DNA of 64,000 nt, taken from contig OX597827.1 of the NCBI GenBank assembly GCA_951406725.2, forward strand, positions 28,272,001-28,336,000, read 5' to 3'. The position numbers were made by a program, and so were the translations under genes. Shown one piece after another: positions 11,601-24,351 of the stretch. Numbering within the stretch: position 1 is the stretch's first letter; every line of letters starts with the position of its first letter. The notes below the pieces were generated by a model. The model was not told where the DNA came from and ran no database searches. It saw only the letters and a list, made by a program, of their open reading frames with translations. The stretch comes from Octopus vulgaris. Lineage: Eukaryota.

Positions 11601-14425
11601 ATCTTTCCCGTCCAGACAGGTTTTCAGAGACAGAATCAACACGTTAGTAAAAAGGGCTTTAACGGGAGCCATCGTCAACAACAAATGGTGGTTCGCCCTC
11701 AAGAGAGCAGTAAAAGCGGAAGCAATTAGATATAGCCGTAGATAGAAATAGAGTAGAGGGTGAGTTAGTTAAGAAGTTAGAAGAGGCAATAAGAAGCGGC
11801 ATCACATCCGACGTTTTAGCGGCGAGGTTGGCCCTTGACCAACACTTCAACGCCAAACACGAAGGGTGTGCTGTCAGGGCTAGGATGCGTGCTCTAAGGA
11901 TGGAAGGTGTTGGAGCCGCGAGGGAGGCCCGGGTGGCGGAGGCGCAGCAGGGCAACAAAGCCACCATTCGGTCTCTGGAAGACGAACAAAGGCGCGAATT
12001 GCTCGAGCCCAGCAAGATGTGCGAGGCATTTCAGCGGCACATTGCCCGACAGTACGGGATGAGTGGCGAGCGTGAACGCAGGGTTGACTTCAGTGCCTAT
12101 CTGCACGGCCTGCCACGACTCTCGGCAAGAGAGGCAGAGTGCTGCGAAGGTGCCATCACGGCGGCGGAAGTGCGGGACGCATGGCAGAATGCTCGAGAGA
12201 CAAATCACTGGGTTTGGATGGTCTGCCCTAAGAGTTTTAAAATTGCATGCCAGACTTCTTTGGAGACGTCTTGGCAGAGATATACTGCAACTGGCAGCAA
12301 AACGAGAGCATACCCAGATTTGTGAGTCGAGGAGCCGTAACGCTGCTGATGAAAGATCCAAACAAGGGGGACATTATAGATAACTTTAGGCCAATCACTC
12401 TGCTCAATGCAGACCTGAAAATTTTGACCAAGGTGTTAGCCACGAGGTTGGCGCTTGTCATCGAGAAACTGGTTGACAAGGCGCAAACGTGCGCCGTGCC
12501 GGGCCGGAGCATCCATGACAACCTTCATCTGATGCGCTACATCATAGATAGAGTAGTTAAGGAACCTGGCATGGGTGGGGCCCTGATCAATTTGGATCAA
12601 TCGAAAGCCTTCGATAGGGTAGACCATCGATACTTGGAGGCAGTCCTGAGAGCGGCTGGTTTCGGTCCCGTCTTCCGCGGCTGGATAGCTGCTTTGTACA
12701 GAGGCATCCGTTCGGTAATTCGCGTAAATGGACATCTATCGAGGCCTTTCGACATTGCACGTTCGGTCCGTCAGGGATGCCCCCTCTCGTCGCTTCTATA
12801 CGTATTAACTCTCGATCCACTACTGCGGAAGCTGGCGACTCTGAGGGGCATCCCGCGAGAATTGGGATGCGGGACGAGCGTGTCTGCATACGCGGACGAC
12901 GTCACCGTCATAGTGTCAAGCCACGAGCACATCGAGCTGGTCGGCGAGACACTGAAAGACTACGAAGCGGTGACAGGGGCGAAAATCAACCGGGAAAAGT
13001 CAGTGGGCTTGCGGCTGGGCACCTGGAGAAGCAAGCCCATGCCATCCACCAGCACCTCCGTCGTGGGACGCTGGACGGACGGCCCGGTTGAGTTACTCAG
13101 GGTTTGGTTCGGTCCGGATTTCCAAATGGAGAAGAACTGGAACGAGATAACGAGTAGGGTTTGTCACTCCCGCCCGGCAATGGGCCGAGAGGAAACTGTC
13201 CCTAAAAGGTCGGGCGGAGGTGGCGAACACGTACATCGCGTCCATCATCTACTACTGCCTGACCGTCGTACCTTGTCCTGACCCTACCATCACCAAACTA
13301 GAACGCATTCTCTTCCGCTTCTTGTGGAAAGGATGCGTCCTGATTATCAGGCGATCCATTTGCTGTCAACACCCGTTAAAAGGAGGGCTGGGCATGCCGT
13401 GGTTGATGATGCGCAGAAACGCACTGAGACTGCGACATCTCCGGCTCTATGTAGACGACGGTGAACAGGTGTGGTCGCCGTTTGTGAGGCACGCTTTCCC
13501 GCAGCTCGTCTCCATGACCGAACTGCAGTCGTGGATCAAAAAGAGGCCGAGGAAGGGCGAACCTATGGACAACTTCCAGAGATCCCTGTCCTGGCGGTGC
13601 TACCGGGAAGCGCTACCCGTTCGGGATAAGCTCTATAGGCATGGCCCGAGAAACACGGGGCCGACCTGCCCGAAATGCGGGCAGAGCGACGAAACCGTTC
13701 TGCACGCACTCGTGCAGTGTTCAACAATCTCCGACCTGTGGGCTTATGTCGAACGACTGCTGTCACGTGTGGGACGTGTCGGTTTATCAGCTGAGTCTAT
13801 CGTTAATATCATCACGCCTCCTTCCTTCAAACTGGAAGGAAGAGCTATTTTTATCATGCTTTTGGCTATGGCGAAAGAATGTATCTGGTGGACGCGCCTG
13901 AAAGGATTAGAGACAAATACTTTCCTCTCTGGTCAATCTCTTGTCAACTTCTTCAAATAACACTTGAAGAGGAAAGTGAGAGTAGAGAGGCAAGTTTTTG
14001 TCTAGTGAATGTCTTAAAAAAAGATGGGTGAATGTAGCAAGTATGGCAGGTATGAATGACGAAGCCACCTTGACTATGCTCCTATGAACCGTAAAAATTA
14101 ATACAGAGAGTTGCTTATTTATAAAAAAATATAACATGTGACTTCATTGACCGAGGTTACCGTGGTCTTTTCCGTAGGCTTTTCTTTCTACGGGTAAACT
14201 TCACCTCTCCTCCCCTTTACACTTTATATTGACATTTCTGTGATAACGATCCCTATTGATCGATTTTTTTTCCTTTTACTTTTATTTTTTATCCGCCCCC
14301 CTTTTTTTGCCTTCCTCTTTCTTTCCTTTTACGATCCCTTTTGATCGAAAACGAAACCCCCTTTTTATCCCCAAAAGAAAAGCTCTACCTTGTAATTTGT
14401 CCCGTCTGTGTGCAGCCCTGTGTGG

Positions 14426-14430
<5 letters not shown>
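8661..14430 (+). mobile_element. Near-full-length decayed Tx1/L1-clade LINE
   Basis: T/N/P-rich ORF1 with a degenerate zinc knuckle (RPRYYICGSEAHLKKEC, ~9920-9970). ORF2 has an endonuclease (10845-11600: NARGL, ISETR, VYAP, GDWNA, SYLDR, TDH, PGYWKLN), RT (12247-13140: FRPITLLNADLK, LDQSKAFDRV, RQGCPLS, YADD) and zf-RVT (CPKCGQSDETVLHALVQC). A T-rich 3' UTR follows. Frameshifts and an internal deletion near 13562. Confidence 0.93.
12247..13160 (+). pseudogene. Reverse transcriptase domain of Tx1/L1-clade LINE
   Basis: L1-type RT motifs RPITLLNADLKILTK, QTCAVPGRSIHDN, DQSKAFD, QGCPLS and YADD. Confidence 0.92.
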
Positions 14431-14498
<68 letters not shown>

Positions 14499-14500
14499 CT
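14428..14500. repeat. (TATC)n microsatellite at the Tx1 3' end
   Basis: Directly visible pure run. Confidence 0.92.
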
Positions 14501-16116
14501 TTCTCCCCCTTAGTACATGTGTACCTATGTATGTACGCATTAGGTAGGTGCGTGTGTGCATGTGTATATATGCTGCGTGTCTAGGAATGTGTGTGTGTGT
14601 GTGTAACAGTTTTTGTACGGTCGGTTTATACATTACATGTTTCACACACACGCGCGCACATGCCCAAAACAGACATTTTCTGCGCTCGCATTAATAATAG
14701 AACTTCACCAAAATAGGTCAGTCTAAAAGCAAGTACTTGGCAAGAGAATTCCAGTTTTGCCGCATCAGGTGTGGTTTGTGCTGGTTTGGCGCAGTCACTT
14801 GTTACTAATTATGCATTGTAATGAGGGTATTGCGGCCAAAGTTGGATTTATTTGGTCTTGTTCAGATTAAATAGCAGCAATTGAAGAGAGAAATAATTGG
14901 CTTCGCGACAACTGCGAATTATTTTTTGTTAAAAATAATCAAGCAATGGCTCCAAATAACATCAGTTTGATAACAATATCATGCATAATTCCAAACAAGA
15001 AGGTCATCGAAACGCAATATTCTGACACCAGCTCCCGCAATAATTTTGATGACTCCTCCCTACTCTGATAACAGTCTTAAAGAGCTTGGTCAGTATTAAT
15101 GACTACACAAACGATATCGTGAACAATAATACAAACACCAACAGCGGCCGCACCCAATAACAAATTTAACAACAGTTTTAACGATAGCTCTTACAACATT
15201 GACAACCTCCCACATATATATACACACACACACACATACACATAACAGACAACCTTAAACAACTTTAATATCACGCTTAACAGCAGCCCTAGCGGTAGCT
15301 CTTAACATCAACGTCCCCAAAAAATCCGTTTTAAAAACACATTATCGACAGCTTGACAACAAACCTATCAAATGTGCTAAACAACCCGAAACAAGTTGTA
15401 ACGACATCTACATCAGTGGGTTTGGCAATAAACCCGGCAGTAAGAGTAGTGATAGCCCCAAACAACAACAACCTCAGGTAATAGGATTAGCACCATCCTT
15501 ATCAACAATTGTAATCACGAGGTCAAATGCAACCCGAAATAAAGAGCCCAGACGACACCAACACCAATAAGTGGTTCTCAACCTTTTTAATATCCGGACT
15601 ATATCCAAACTTGGGTTTTTTATCAGGTCGCCACGTCGAAAAAGTAACACAGTTTAAGAAAAACTTATACTCATAGAGGAAGACGATATCTAATCTAGAT
15701 ATTGACAGTAAAGGACAATGATAACATTGCGAAAGGGTGCGCTGTAATAGTAGAAAATCGTGAATTCATGAAACAGTGATATTTGTAAAAATTCGTACCG
15801 CATGATATTTGTTTTATAAATTCAAAATGTGCCATGCTGTCGCAATACTTTACTCGTATCGACTCTGAAATGTACAAAATGCGAAGCGATGCGTTGTCAG
15901 TCAGGAGCTGTTAGATCGCTCAATAACTGACGAAAATTCTCTGAAAAATGTCAGAACAGATATCGAAATGTGGTTATAAGGCAAAATATCGAAATAAAAA
16001 ATAGGTTGTCTTATCGTCACTACGACCTAAAGAAAGCACTTCAGAGTCATACAAATATGAAAGTGACTTAATCATCTCTTTTCATTATGGCGTTGGTGAT
16101 GAATTTGTTCCATGTG

Positions 16117-16195
16117 TTCAAATTATCTAAAAGGGGTTTCATTTCAGATTATCTAAAAGGAGTTTTACTTCAGATTATCTAAAAGGGGATTTTAG
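16117..16195. repeat. Minisatellite, ~26-bp unit x3 (TTCAGATTATCTAAAAGGGGTTTCAT-like)
   Basis: ATTATCTAAAAGG occurs three times at ~26-bp spacing. Confidence 0.8.
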
Positions 16196-16257
16196 TTGAA
16201 AGTTCTTAGATGATTGAAAGAAGCAGCAGGGAGGGAGTAGACAAAAACACCTTTTCG

Positions 16258-16453
16258 TGTTTCAGTCATGAGATTGCGGCCATACTGGGGCACCGCCTTG
16301 AGGAATTCTTTGTAGAAGAATCGACTCCAATACAACTTTTTCAGGCCTTGTGCTTAAACTAACGGAGTCTTAGATCGAACCACTAAGTTATTCGAACGTA
16401 AACACACTAACTCCGGTTATCAAGCTTGCAGTGGTGGGGGACAAACACGAACA

Positions 16454-16514
<61 letters not shown>

Positions 16515-16668
16515 GCGACGAGCTTCTTTTAGTTTCTGTTCACCAGATCCACTCTCAAGGCTTTGGCCGACCCGGGCTAAAGCAGAAGACACTTTGCTGA
16601 GGTGCCGCGCTGTGGGATTGAACCTGGAACCATGTGGTTAAGAAGCAAACATTTTATCACACAACCAC
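16258..16668 (-). mobile_element. tRNA-derived SINE family A (internal CA/TG microsatellite)
   Basis: Homologous to the full copy at 59052-59450: tRNA-like head, AAAGAAGC..GTCG, (TG)n, and a tail ending CCAG.ATGGCCGCA..TGACTGAAAC. Confidence 0.85.
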
Positions 16669-16932
16669 TCTTGGCATGGACAGAATAAAACGAGAAGCTT
16701 GACCAGAACGAACTTGTTCACGAGGTTCTTATCATTGGTGAAGTTTGGCTCAATTAGGAGTCGACTCTTGACCCTCAAACGGCCCCACAGCCTCAATTTG
16801 TCATCGCTACGCAGCTGTATTTCTAATTTTGACAAAAAGGTTGGCTCTTGACCTTTGCATTACAGCTGGACACACGTTTCAGCATTTGCGGAGTATGTGT
16901 ACGTGTTTGTAGATTATGCATGGATGCATTCG

Positions 16933-16971
<39 letters not shown>

Positions 16972-16973
<2 letters not shown>

Positions 16974-19147
16974 TTCACAAGGAATTCTGCGAAGGTGGCA
17001 AGAACACTTTGATGAACTTTTGAATCAGCAGTCTGTAGTTAGTGAGGATGTTCTCAATCTCATCCCTGGATTGCCTGTGAAGGCAGCACTCGCGGAACAA
17101 CCAAAGCTGGAAGAAGTTGCGATAGATGTCTCAAGGTTGAAAAATGGGAAGTCTCCAGGTATGGATGGCATACATGCAGAGCTGTTACAGCATGGTGGTG
17201 ATAAACTTCTGCAGAAACTTCACTCTTTGTTTGGTAAGATATGGACTAGTGAATCTGTACCTGAGGACTGGAGAGATGCAGTAATGGTGGTCCTGTATAA
17301 GGGAAAGGGCAACAGGAATGATTGTGGTAATTATAGAGGAGTATTATTGCTGTCTGCCGTAGGAAAGGTTTTATGCAGGATATATCTGGATCGTCTGCTG
17401 AAATGCATTGCAGATTGTGTTCTTCCAGAAAGTCAATCTGGCTTTCGTGTGGGAGGTGGCACTGCTGATATGATCTTTTCAGCTAGACAGCTTCAGGAGA
17501 ATTGTGTGGAACAGGGTCTGGATTTGCATCAGGTTTTTGTCGATCTGACAAAAGCCTTTGATACCGTCAGTAGAAAAGCATTGTGAAAAGACCTCCAGAA
17601 ACATGGGTGTTCTGAAGAGTTCCTTGCTTTGGTTAGGTCTTTTCATGAAGACATGAATGGTAGGGTGAATGTTAGAGGGAAAATGTCGGAGCCCATTTCA
17701 ATACAAAATGGAGTGAAACAGGGGGATATTCTGGAACCGACCCTATTTTCCATATATTTTGCGATGGTGTTCTGTATTGCATTCAGAAACTGCAGATACA
17801 GTGTTTACGTCCATTATCGAACCTCTGGCAGCATATTTAATATCAGGCGCCTTGCTGCAAAAACAAAGGTATTTGACTCTATCATAAGAGACCTTTTGTA
17901 TGCAGATGACTGTGAGCTAGTAGCACACACAGAGATTGATATGCAACACATTTTGAATGCATTCTCTGATGCTTGCACTGCCTTAGGATTGACAGTCAAT
18001 CTCAAGAAAACTGTTGTCATGCATCAACCTGCCCCTGGTAAGCAGTATAGTGTACCAAATATCTATGTGTATGGTAAACGACTTGATGTAGTTGATCAGT
18101 TTGTCTACCTGGGAAGCATTATTAATAGATATAGCAATTTGGATGATGAAATTCCATATAGAATTAGGAAAGCAAGTGTTGCTTTCGGAAGGCTAGGAAA
18201 GCGCCTCTGGAGTCGGCGAGACATATGCAGAAAGACAAAGATAAAGGTGTACAAGGCATGTGTGCTCCCTTCTCTTTCTCTATGCCTGCGAGACGTGGGT
18301 CACATATTGATACCACCTTAAACAACTGGAACGTTTCCATCAAATGTGCCTCAGACGGATCTATGGCATTAAGTGGAAGGACTGCATCAGTGATCTTGAA
18401 ATATTGGAAGGCTCTCGGTGTGAAAGTATAAAAGCTCTTGTGTTAAAGCAAAGGCTCAGATGGAGTGGTCATCTGGTCAGGATGAAGGATTCAAGGATGC
18501 CAAAACAACTCTTTTATGAGAGTTAGCTAAAGGAGAACAACGTCCATATAAACCAAAACAGAGGTATAAAGTCTGGCTGAAGGCTTCCTTAAGAGATGCT
18601 TGCATCTCTCCTGACACATGGGAAGGCATAGCTATTGATCGTAGCAGGTAGAGAAGGGTTGTGCATGAGGGGACAGCCACTTTTGAGAAATCTCGAGTTG
18701 CACATGAAAAAGTAAGGAAGGATGTCAGGAAGGGCATCGCTGTTAACTTCCAGATGAGAAGGGTCTTCCTTTGATGCTGACATGCAATATCTGTGCAAGA
18801 CCCTGCCTCAGTAAAGCTGGACTCAAGAGTCATCTTCGAAGTCATAAAGCGCGACAGATAAGTGACAACATGGCCACTGGTGGTGGTGTAACACACCATA
18901 CTAATCATATCTGTGAGGCATGTGGAAGAGAGTGTAATTCGGCAGGAGGACTTAAACGACATGCAAAGGTACATGAAGCCCAGTTATAACTACAGCCGGC
19001 TATTACCGGTAAAGGTTTTAGTTGCCAATTCTGTACAAGACATTGTAGATCTTTAGCTGGGCTAAAAAGTTACATTCGATCACAGCACCAGTAACAGTTA
19101 AGCTTCGTGCAATGGCCATACTCGATAACGAGGGGGCAGCCATAATA
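16972..19147 (+). mobile_element. 5'-truncated RTE-clade LINE with C-terminal C2H2 fingers and (TATG)n tail
   Basis: RRWQEHF, KSPGMDGI, YKGKGNRNDCGNYRG, PESQSGFR, FVDLTKAFD, GVKQG, LLYADD, FVYLGS and RLRWSGHLVRM are typical RTE ORF motifs; stops and frameshifts present. Confidence 0.93.
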
Positions 19148-19275
19148 ATGTATGTATGTATGTATGTATGTATGTATGTATGTATGTATGTATGTATTAT
19201 GTATGTATGTATGTATGTATACATATACGTATATCTGTATATAAATGTATGTTAACATTCATGTGTATGTATATA

Positions 19276-19492
19276 CACGAGAGGGTGCTGAAAATTTCCT
19301 GGCTTTAAGGGTGGCTGAAAGGCCTGGCTGGAGGCCCAACCTTCCGAGTTTTTTCACAGGGGTTAAAAAAATTGAAGGACGGCTGCAAAATCTGAGAGGG
19401 AATATGGTGTAACACACCATACTAGATCATATCTGTGAGGCATGTGGATTTTTTTTCTGCCCAAAGCCAGGAACTTTTCATTCCTACCTCCA
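19276..19492 (+). mobile_element. Tc1/mariner-derived MITE
   Basis: TIR pair TGAAAATTTCCTGGCTTT / AAAGCCAGGAACTTTTCA in a TA context; the interior resembles a mariner transposase C-terminus (FF.G.KKL..). Confidence 0.75.
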
Positions 19493-19771
19493 ATATATAT
19501 ATATATGTTCCCAACTTTGACCCTCCAGAAATCCTTAATTTTATTTTAGAATTTATGGGAGCAACTGTCTTTGAAGACTCATATTATCGTTGAATTCTCG
19601 AAATGAGGAGAAGACAGACAGCCGACAACTGATGAAGGGTCCTTTCTCTGTGTTTACTTGTCTTGTTTTCCATTTTTTCTCGTTGTTTATGTATTTAACT
19701 CATTTGTTTACGAATTTCATGTTATTTGCACCCTTGGTGACGTCCTGCACCCATATATGCATCTATCTATC

Positions 19772-19841
<70 letters not shown>

Positions 19842-20159
19842 GTGGGTGTGCATGTGGATATATATGTATGTGTATGTCACAGTCTGTATACACACAGACA
19901 CACACACACACAGTGAGATATGTAATTTCACTGAAACAATGGCATTCCGCAGAATCAATTTGTCATCAATATATATATATTTCGACATTTCCTCTCCCCT
20001 TCTACCTGCCACCCTGGGGCCCATTGTTAGCTAATGAACTTCGACACAAAGCTGAAGAGATAACCATTAATAAAACATCATGTCTGAAATACTGACGGGT
20101 ACAATCAACCCAGCACTGAAGCACGCATTAAACACCAACACATTCTTACTACAACCTAG

Positions 20160-20575
20160 ACACACCACCACCATCACCACCACCACTATTACAACCACCA
20201 TCATCACCTCCACCACCACCACCACCATTACAGCCACCATCATCACCTCCACCAACATCTGCACCAGCATCATCACCACCATCACCACCACCACCACCAC
20301 CATCACGGCGATCACCATCATCTGAACCATTACCATGACCATCACCATTTCCACCACCGCCATCACCACCAGCGCCGTCACCCCCATCACCATCACCCCC
20401 ATCACCACCATCGCCACCAACACCACCATCTCCACCGTTACCATAACAATCACCATAACCATCACCATCTCTACCAGCGTCGTCATCACCACCGTCACCA
20501 CCACCACCACCAATACCACCATCGGCATCGCCCCCACCACCTACTGTCATCACCACGACCACCACCACCACTGAT
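20160..20575. repeat. Degenerate (CAC/CAT)n trinucleotide tract
   Basis: Directly visible; open in several frames only because of its composition. Confidence 0.85.
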
Positions 20576-21082
20576 ATACTGTCTTGGTAATGTATAAATC
20601 TCCCTTATTTTCTCGGCTTTCGCCCCATCGCCCCCTGTTGATGGATTCCACCGCCACGCCATCGCCACCCCCTCCGCCATCTTTCCACCCCCCAATCGTT
20701 ACCAATAGTTCAACGATAAGCTAATGAGAATTGATGTCTATTTCATTACAACTACAATAAGAGTGCCTTGTTGTTGTTATTGACAGCTATCGGCGTTAAC
20801 GCAGATGTTAGGGTGGCTTAATTGGATGGGTTTGTTTTCGTTTTTGTTTTGCTTTTTTACTATTTGACGTTGTTGTTGTTCATGATGATGATGGTGATGA
20901 TATCGTTGTTATTGTCTTTTTTATTTTTCTTCTTTTTTTTTTCATTTTGGTCCGGTTTCGAGTATTTCGCTAAGGTTTTCTTTTATTCATTTCACATACA
21001 AAGAGCAGCGATGTTTTACATATAAATGTTACTGCTTTCTCGCCGTCCTCCTCTTTCTCCTTCTCCTTCCTCTTCTTTTTTT

Positions 21083-21152
21083 TTCTTCTTCTTCTTCTTC
21101 TTCTTCTTCTTCTTCTTCTTCTTCTTCTTCTTCTTCTTCTTCTTCTTCTTCT
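21083..21152. repeat. (TTC)n microsatellite
   Basis: Pure run. Confidence 0.92.
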
Positions 21153-21421
21153 TTCTTTTCAGCCTCTTTCTCTTTTCCCGCCTCTTTTACGACTTGTTCG
21201 TGTTTCATGGTTTATTCTTCAACCGCAGCTCCTTCTACAGATTAACGTCAGTGAAATTTGAAGTTAATAAAGTAATAACGAGAGGGAAAATTTAATTTAT
21301 TTCTTTTTTCCCTTTTTTTTCTTTCTTTTTTTCCATTTTTCTTTTTCTATTCAGAATGTTAACCCCACTGTTACCTTCAGATAATTCTACATACATTCAA
21401 ATTTAGATATTATTTTAACTT

Positions 21422-21730
21422 TTTATTACCTCCGCTTTCGCTAAGGCGGAGGTATTGTTTTCAGTCGTGTTTGTTTGTTTGTTTGTCCGTGGACAAGATA
21501 TCTCAAGAACTGATGGACAGATTCGGATGAAACTTTCAAGGATGTTTGGCCTCGTGAATGGCACGAACTAATTAGATTCGGGAATCGATCCGGTACCGGC
21601 CAAGAATTCTGGATTATTTTCCTGTTTTTTTTTTTACTTAAGCTTTGAGAGCGGTCGGGTTCATTTTTAATATTCTCGTTAGAATTTATTTCAGATATTC
21701 TCATTAAAATCATCGCTGGCTAATCGTTGA
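21422..21730 (+). mobile_element. Helentron-associated non-autonomous element (DINE-1/pearl-like) 5' part
   Basis: T-run, then the short subterminal inverted repeat ACCTCCGC...GCGGAGGT, a (GTTT)n/GTCC microsatellite and a core GATTCGGATGAAACTT. This is the DINE-1/HINE architecture. Confidence 0.65.
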
Positions 21731-21959
21731 GAAGATGTTGGTGTTCTTGTTTTAATTTGTTTTTAAAAATAAAAGAATAATCACCATTATAATTTTAAGG
21801 TGCCGTTTATTCTCGGTTGATCTTGATTTCATGCCTAGTTTGCAGGGCAAAAGTAGTGCTGCGTAGTATGTAATGAGTTCTGTCTTTTGCAAGAAAGATC
21901 CTGACCCCCCAAACCTCAAAACTTATGAATTGAATTGAATGGAATGGAGTTGAATTAAA

Positions 21960-22350
21960 CTAGTTTCAGCTCATGAGTTGAGGCTATGCTGGGACACCGC
22001 CATTTGGTGTTGCTACATAATTTTTACTTCAATATTTCTTTTTAGAACTTGACATTTAGTGCATGGGGGAGTTTGACGCCGCTACTCACATTTACATTTC
22101 CTGCTGTTGACTCATCTGAGACTCTTGAGAGTAAGAGATTTAGTTTCGTTTTGAAGACATCTACATCCACCCCATATAGATCTCTCAGGTCTTTTGGGAA
22201 GGTATTGAATAACTGTGGGCTTTTAAAGCCTAGGCTATTGCAATATTTTGTCCTATATTTTGATGGCAAAGTTGGAGTCTTTGGTACTATGCAGTGTCGT
22301 CCTGGATCTTTTCCTGACATTGTTATTAGTTATTCGGTGAACTGGTAGAA
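21960..22350 (-). mobile_element. 3' fragment of a CR1-group LINE related to 60590-63440
   Basis: GRHCIVPKTPTLPSKYRTKYCNSLGFKSPQLFN..PKDLRDL is homologous to GRHCMVPRIPTSPSKYRSRYCNSLGF; both share the 3' terminal motif. Confidence 0.85.
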
Positions 22351-22389
22351 TTCGTGGGAAAATGCTTTGCAATATATAGAGTGTAACGC

Positions 22390-22945
22390 TGAGGTCGGCT
22401 CTGCCTTTCATCCTTTCGGGGTCGATGAAGCAAGGACCAGTTGAGCGATGGGGGCGATGTAATCGACTTGCACCCTGCAAGAAAATCGCTGGCCTTGTGC
22501 CAAAATTTGAAATCAATATATAGCGAGAGTAAGGCCGTGAGCTGGCATTAATGCCTAGGGTCACTTCGTCTATCTTTATGTTCTGGGTTCAAATTCCGTC
22601 GACGTCGACTTTGCCTTTCATCATTTTAGGATCAATTATGTAAGTATCATTGGAGCAGTGGGTCCATTTAATCGATTTAGGCCCTCCCAAAATTGCTGGT
22701 ATAATTTCAGGATTTTAAATCAATATATAGGATGTGGTAAGGGGGAAAGCAGATGGAATCACTAGCACACCGGACAAAATGCTTAGCGACACATTTCGTA
22801 AGTCTTCACGTCCTGAGTTCAAATTCTGCAGACTTTGCCTTTTGGCGTTGATAAAATAAGTTACCTTTGAGCATTGAGCATAGGTGTCAATGTAATCATC
22901 TTACCCATACCCTGCAAATTTCTGGCTCTGTGCCTTCAGAAGAAG
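22390..22945 (+). mobile_element. Three consecutive diverged SINE family B copies
   Basis: GAGTTCAAATT and TGCCTTTCAT...AATCGA...AAAT(T/C)GCTGG motifs recur at ~22390, ~22585 and ~22815. Confidence 0.75.
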
Positions 22946-22989
22946 ACCTACAGTGGATGCCCACAGAATTATTATTATTATTATTATTC

Positions 22990-23731
22990 AGTAGTTTTAT
23001 TTTTATAGCGTGCTTTCACTTCACTACCGAGCGCAGCTCTGTGTGCCTTAGGTATGTGCTGTGATTTGTTGATGCTCTGATGGTTATTGTATGGAAAGTG
23101 TTCTGCGTAGGATGTGTGCAGTGCCTAGTAGTGCATGTATGTGTTGTTGTATTTTCATTTTTTGGGTAGAGTACTGCTGTGAAGTATACGTGTAAGATAG
23201 AAATGTATTCCTCACGTGTCCATTTACGTCTTTTGGGTTTTATTTGCGGGACATGAGGTACAACGTCCGGCCCATTATTTTGACGGTCGTCATTTTCGTA
23301 GGGTACCGGTCCGTTTATTTCTGTTGTCACATTATTTCGCACGTGTAGTTTTTCGTACATTTTTTGTTGTAAGTTTAATGTACGTACCGCTCGATTGTTA
23401 TTCTTGGGTTGAATAGTATCGGTGGCATTTAATTTCTTCGTAGTTCCTTTGTACATGGTGTTTGGGGTCGGGGATGATCGTGATGTTCCACGCATGTTTA
23501 CATGTGTTGCGTTAGAGGTGGAGATGATATCGAGTCAAAATACATCATTTCGTTTCGAAAGTAGTAATAAATTTCAATTAGTATTACTTACTCGGATACA
23601 GTCCAATTCTTTGTTAGTAAAACTTTGGCTCCATAGGATGTCCTTGTTTTCGATGTTTGTGGATAGATTTCAGAGCTCTCGGATAGATTTCGGAGCTCTC
23701 GGATAGATTTCGGAGCTCTCGGATAGATTTC
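22990..23731 (-). mobile_element. Internally deleted R4/Dong-like RLE non-LTR element (5' end fused to 3' end)
   Basis: 5' part encodes ...KRRKWTREEYISIL...; the 3' part 22990-23135 is nearly identical to 23795-23940 (LLGTAHILRRTLSI). Flanked by (TTA)n, with a 20-bp repeat GGATAGATTTCGGAGCTCTC x3 at the 5' end. Confidence 0.72.
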
Positions 23732-23759
23732 ATTATTATTATTATCATTATTATTATTA

Positions 23760-23792
<33 letters not shown>

Positions 23793-23793
<1 letters not shown>

Positions 23794-24293
23794 GTAGTTT
23801 TATTTTTATAGCGTGCTTTCACTTCACTACCGAGCGCAGCTCTGTGTGCCTTGGGTATGTGCTGTGATTTGTTGTGATGCTCTGATGGTTATTGTATGGA
23901 AAGTGTTCTGCGTAGGATGCGTGCAGTGCCTAGTAGTGCAGTTTTCTGTATGTTATGTGTGTTTGTAAGTCCTGGTGTTTTTGTTACGTATTTGTCTGAA
24001 TATTTTTTTATCATGCCTAATGCACCTACTATGATAGGAATTGTTTCTGTTTTTAGTTCCACATTCTGGTTACCTCTATTTCCAGGTCTTTGTATTTTGA
24101 AAGTTTCTCCATTTCTTTTAGAGACACGTTGTCATCTGCCGGTATTGATACATCAATTAGAAAGCATTTTTTTCTTCATGATCTCTGACAACTATATCTG
24201 GTCTGTTGGCCTTAATTTCTCTATCTGTGTGTATCGGCATATCCCAGAGTATGGTTGCTTTCTCGTTTTCTGTGACCTTTTCTGGTCACAGAA
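23793..24293 (-). mobile_element. 5'-truncated R4/Dong-like element, restriction-like endonuclease domain
   Basis: My minus-strand translation reads PEKVTENEKATILWDMPIHTDREIKANRPDIVVRDHEEKKCFLIDVSIPADDNVSLKEMEKLSKYKDL...IIVGALG...ALLGTARILRRTL, with the RPD...IDV...KY motif of RLE domains. Embedded in (TAA)n. Confidence 0.85.
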
Positions 24294-24301
24294 ATAATAA
24301 T

Positions 24302-24351
<50 letters not shown>

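Noticed and set aside
14950-15570. AAC-rich stretch with loose ~12-nt periodicity
   Set aside because: Stops in the frames inspected and no ORF of 60 aa or more; it looks like a decayed simple repeat.
15570-15590. hAT-like terminus AGTGGTTCTCAACC
   Set aside because: No partner TIR or 8-bp TSD found.
19565-19640. TTGAAGA-CTCAT...ATGAG-GAGAA hairpin and a nearby CTGATGA
   Set aside because: Core nucleotides and the NUH triplet do not fit; at most a plain hairpin in a repeat.
20067-20574. Gly/Asp-, Val/Met- and Thr-rich ORFs resembling structural proteins
   Set aside because: A degenerate CAC/CAT repeat that is open in most frames by composition; no splice or domain evidence.
23660-23731. 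Short direct repeats as a CRISPR-like array (also 16117-16195)
   Set aside because: Contiguous tandem units without unique spacers, in a eukaryotic context.
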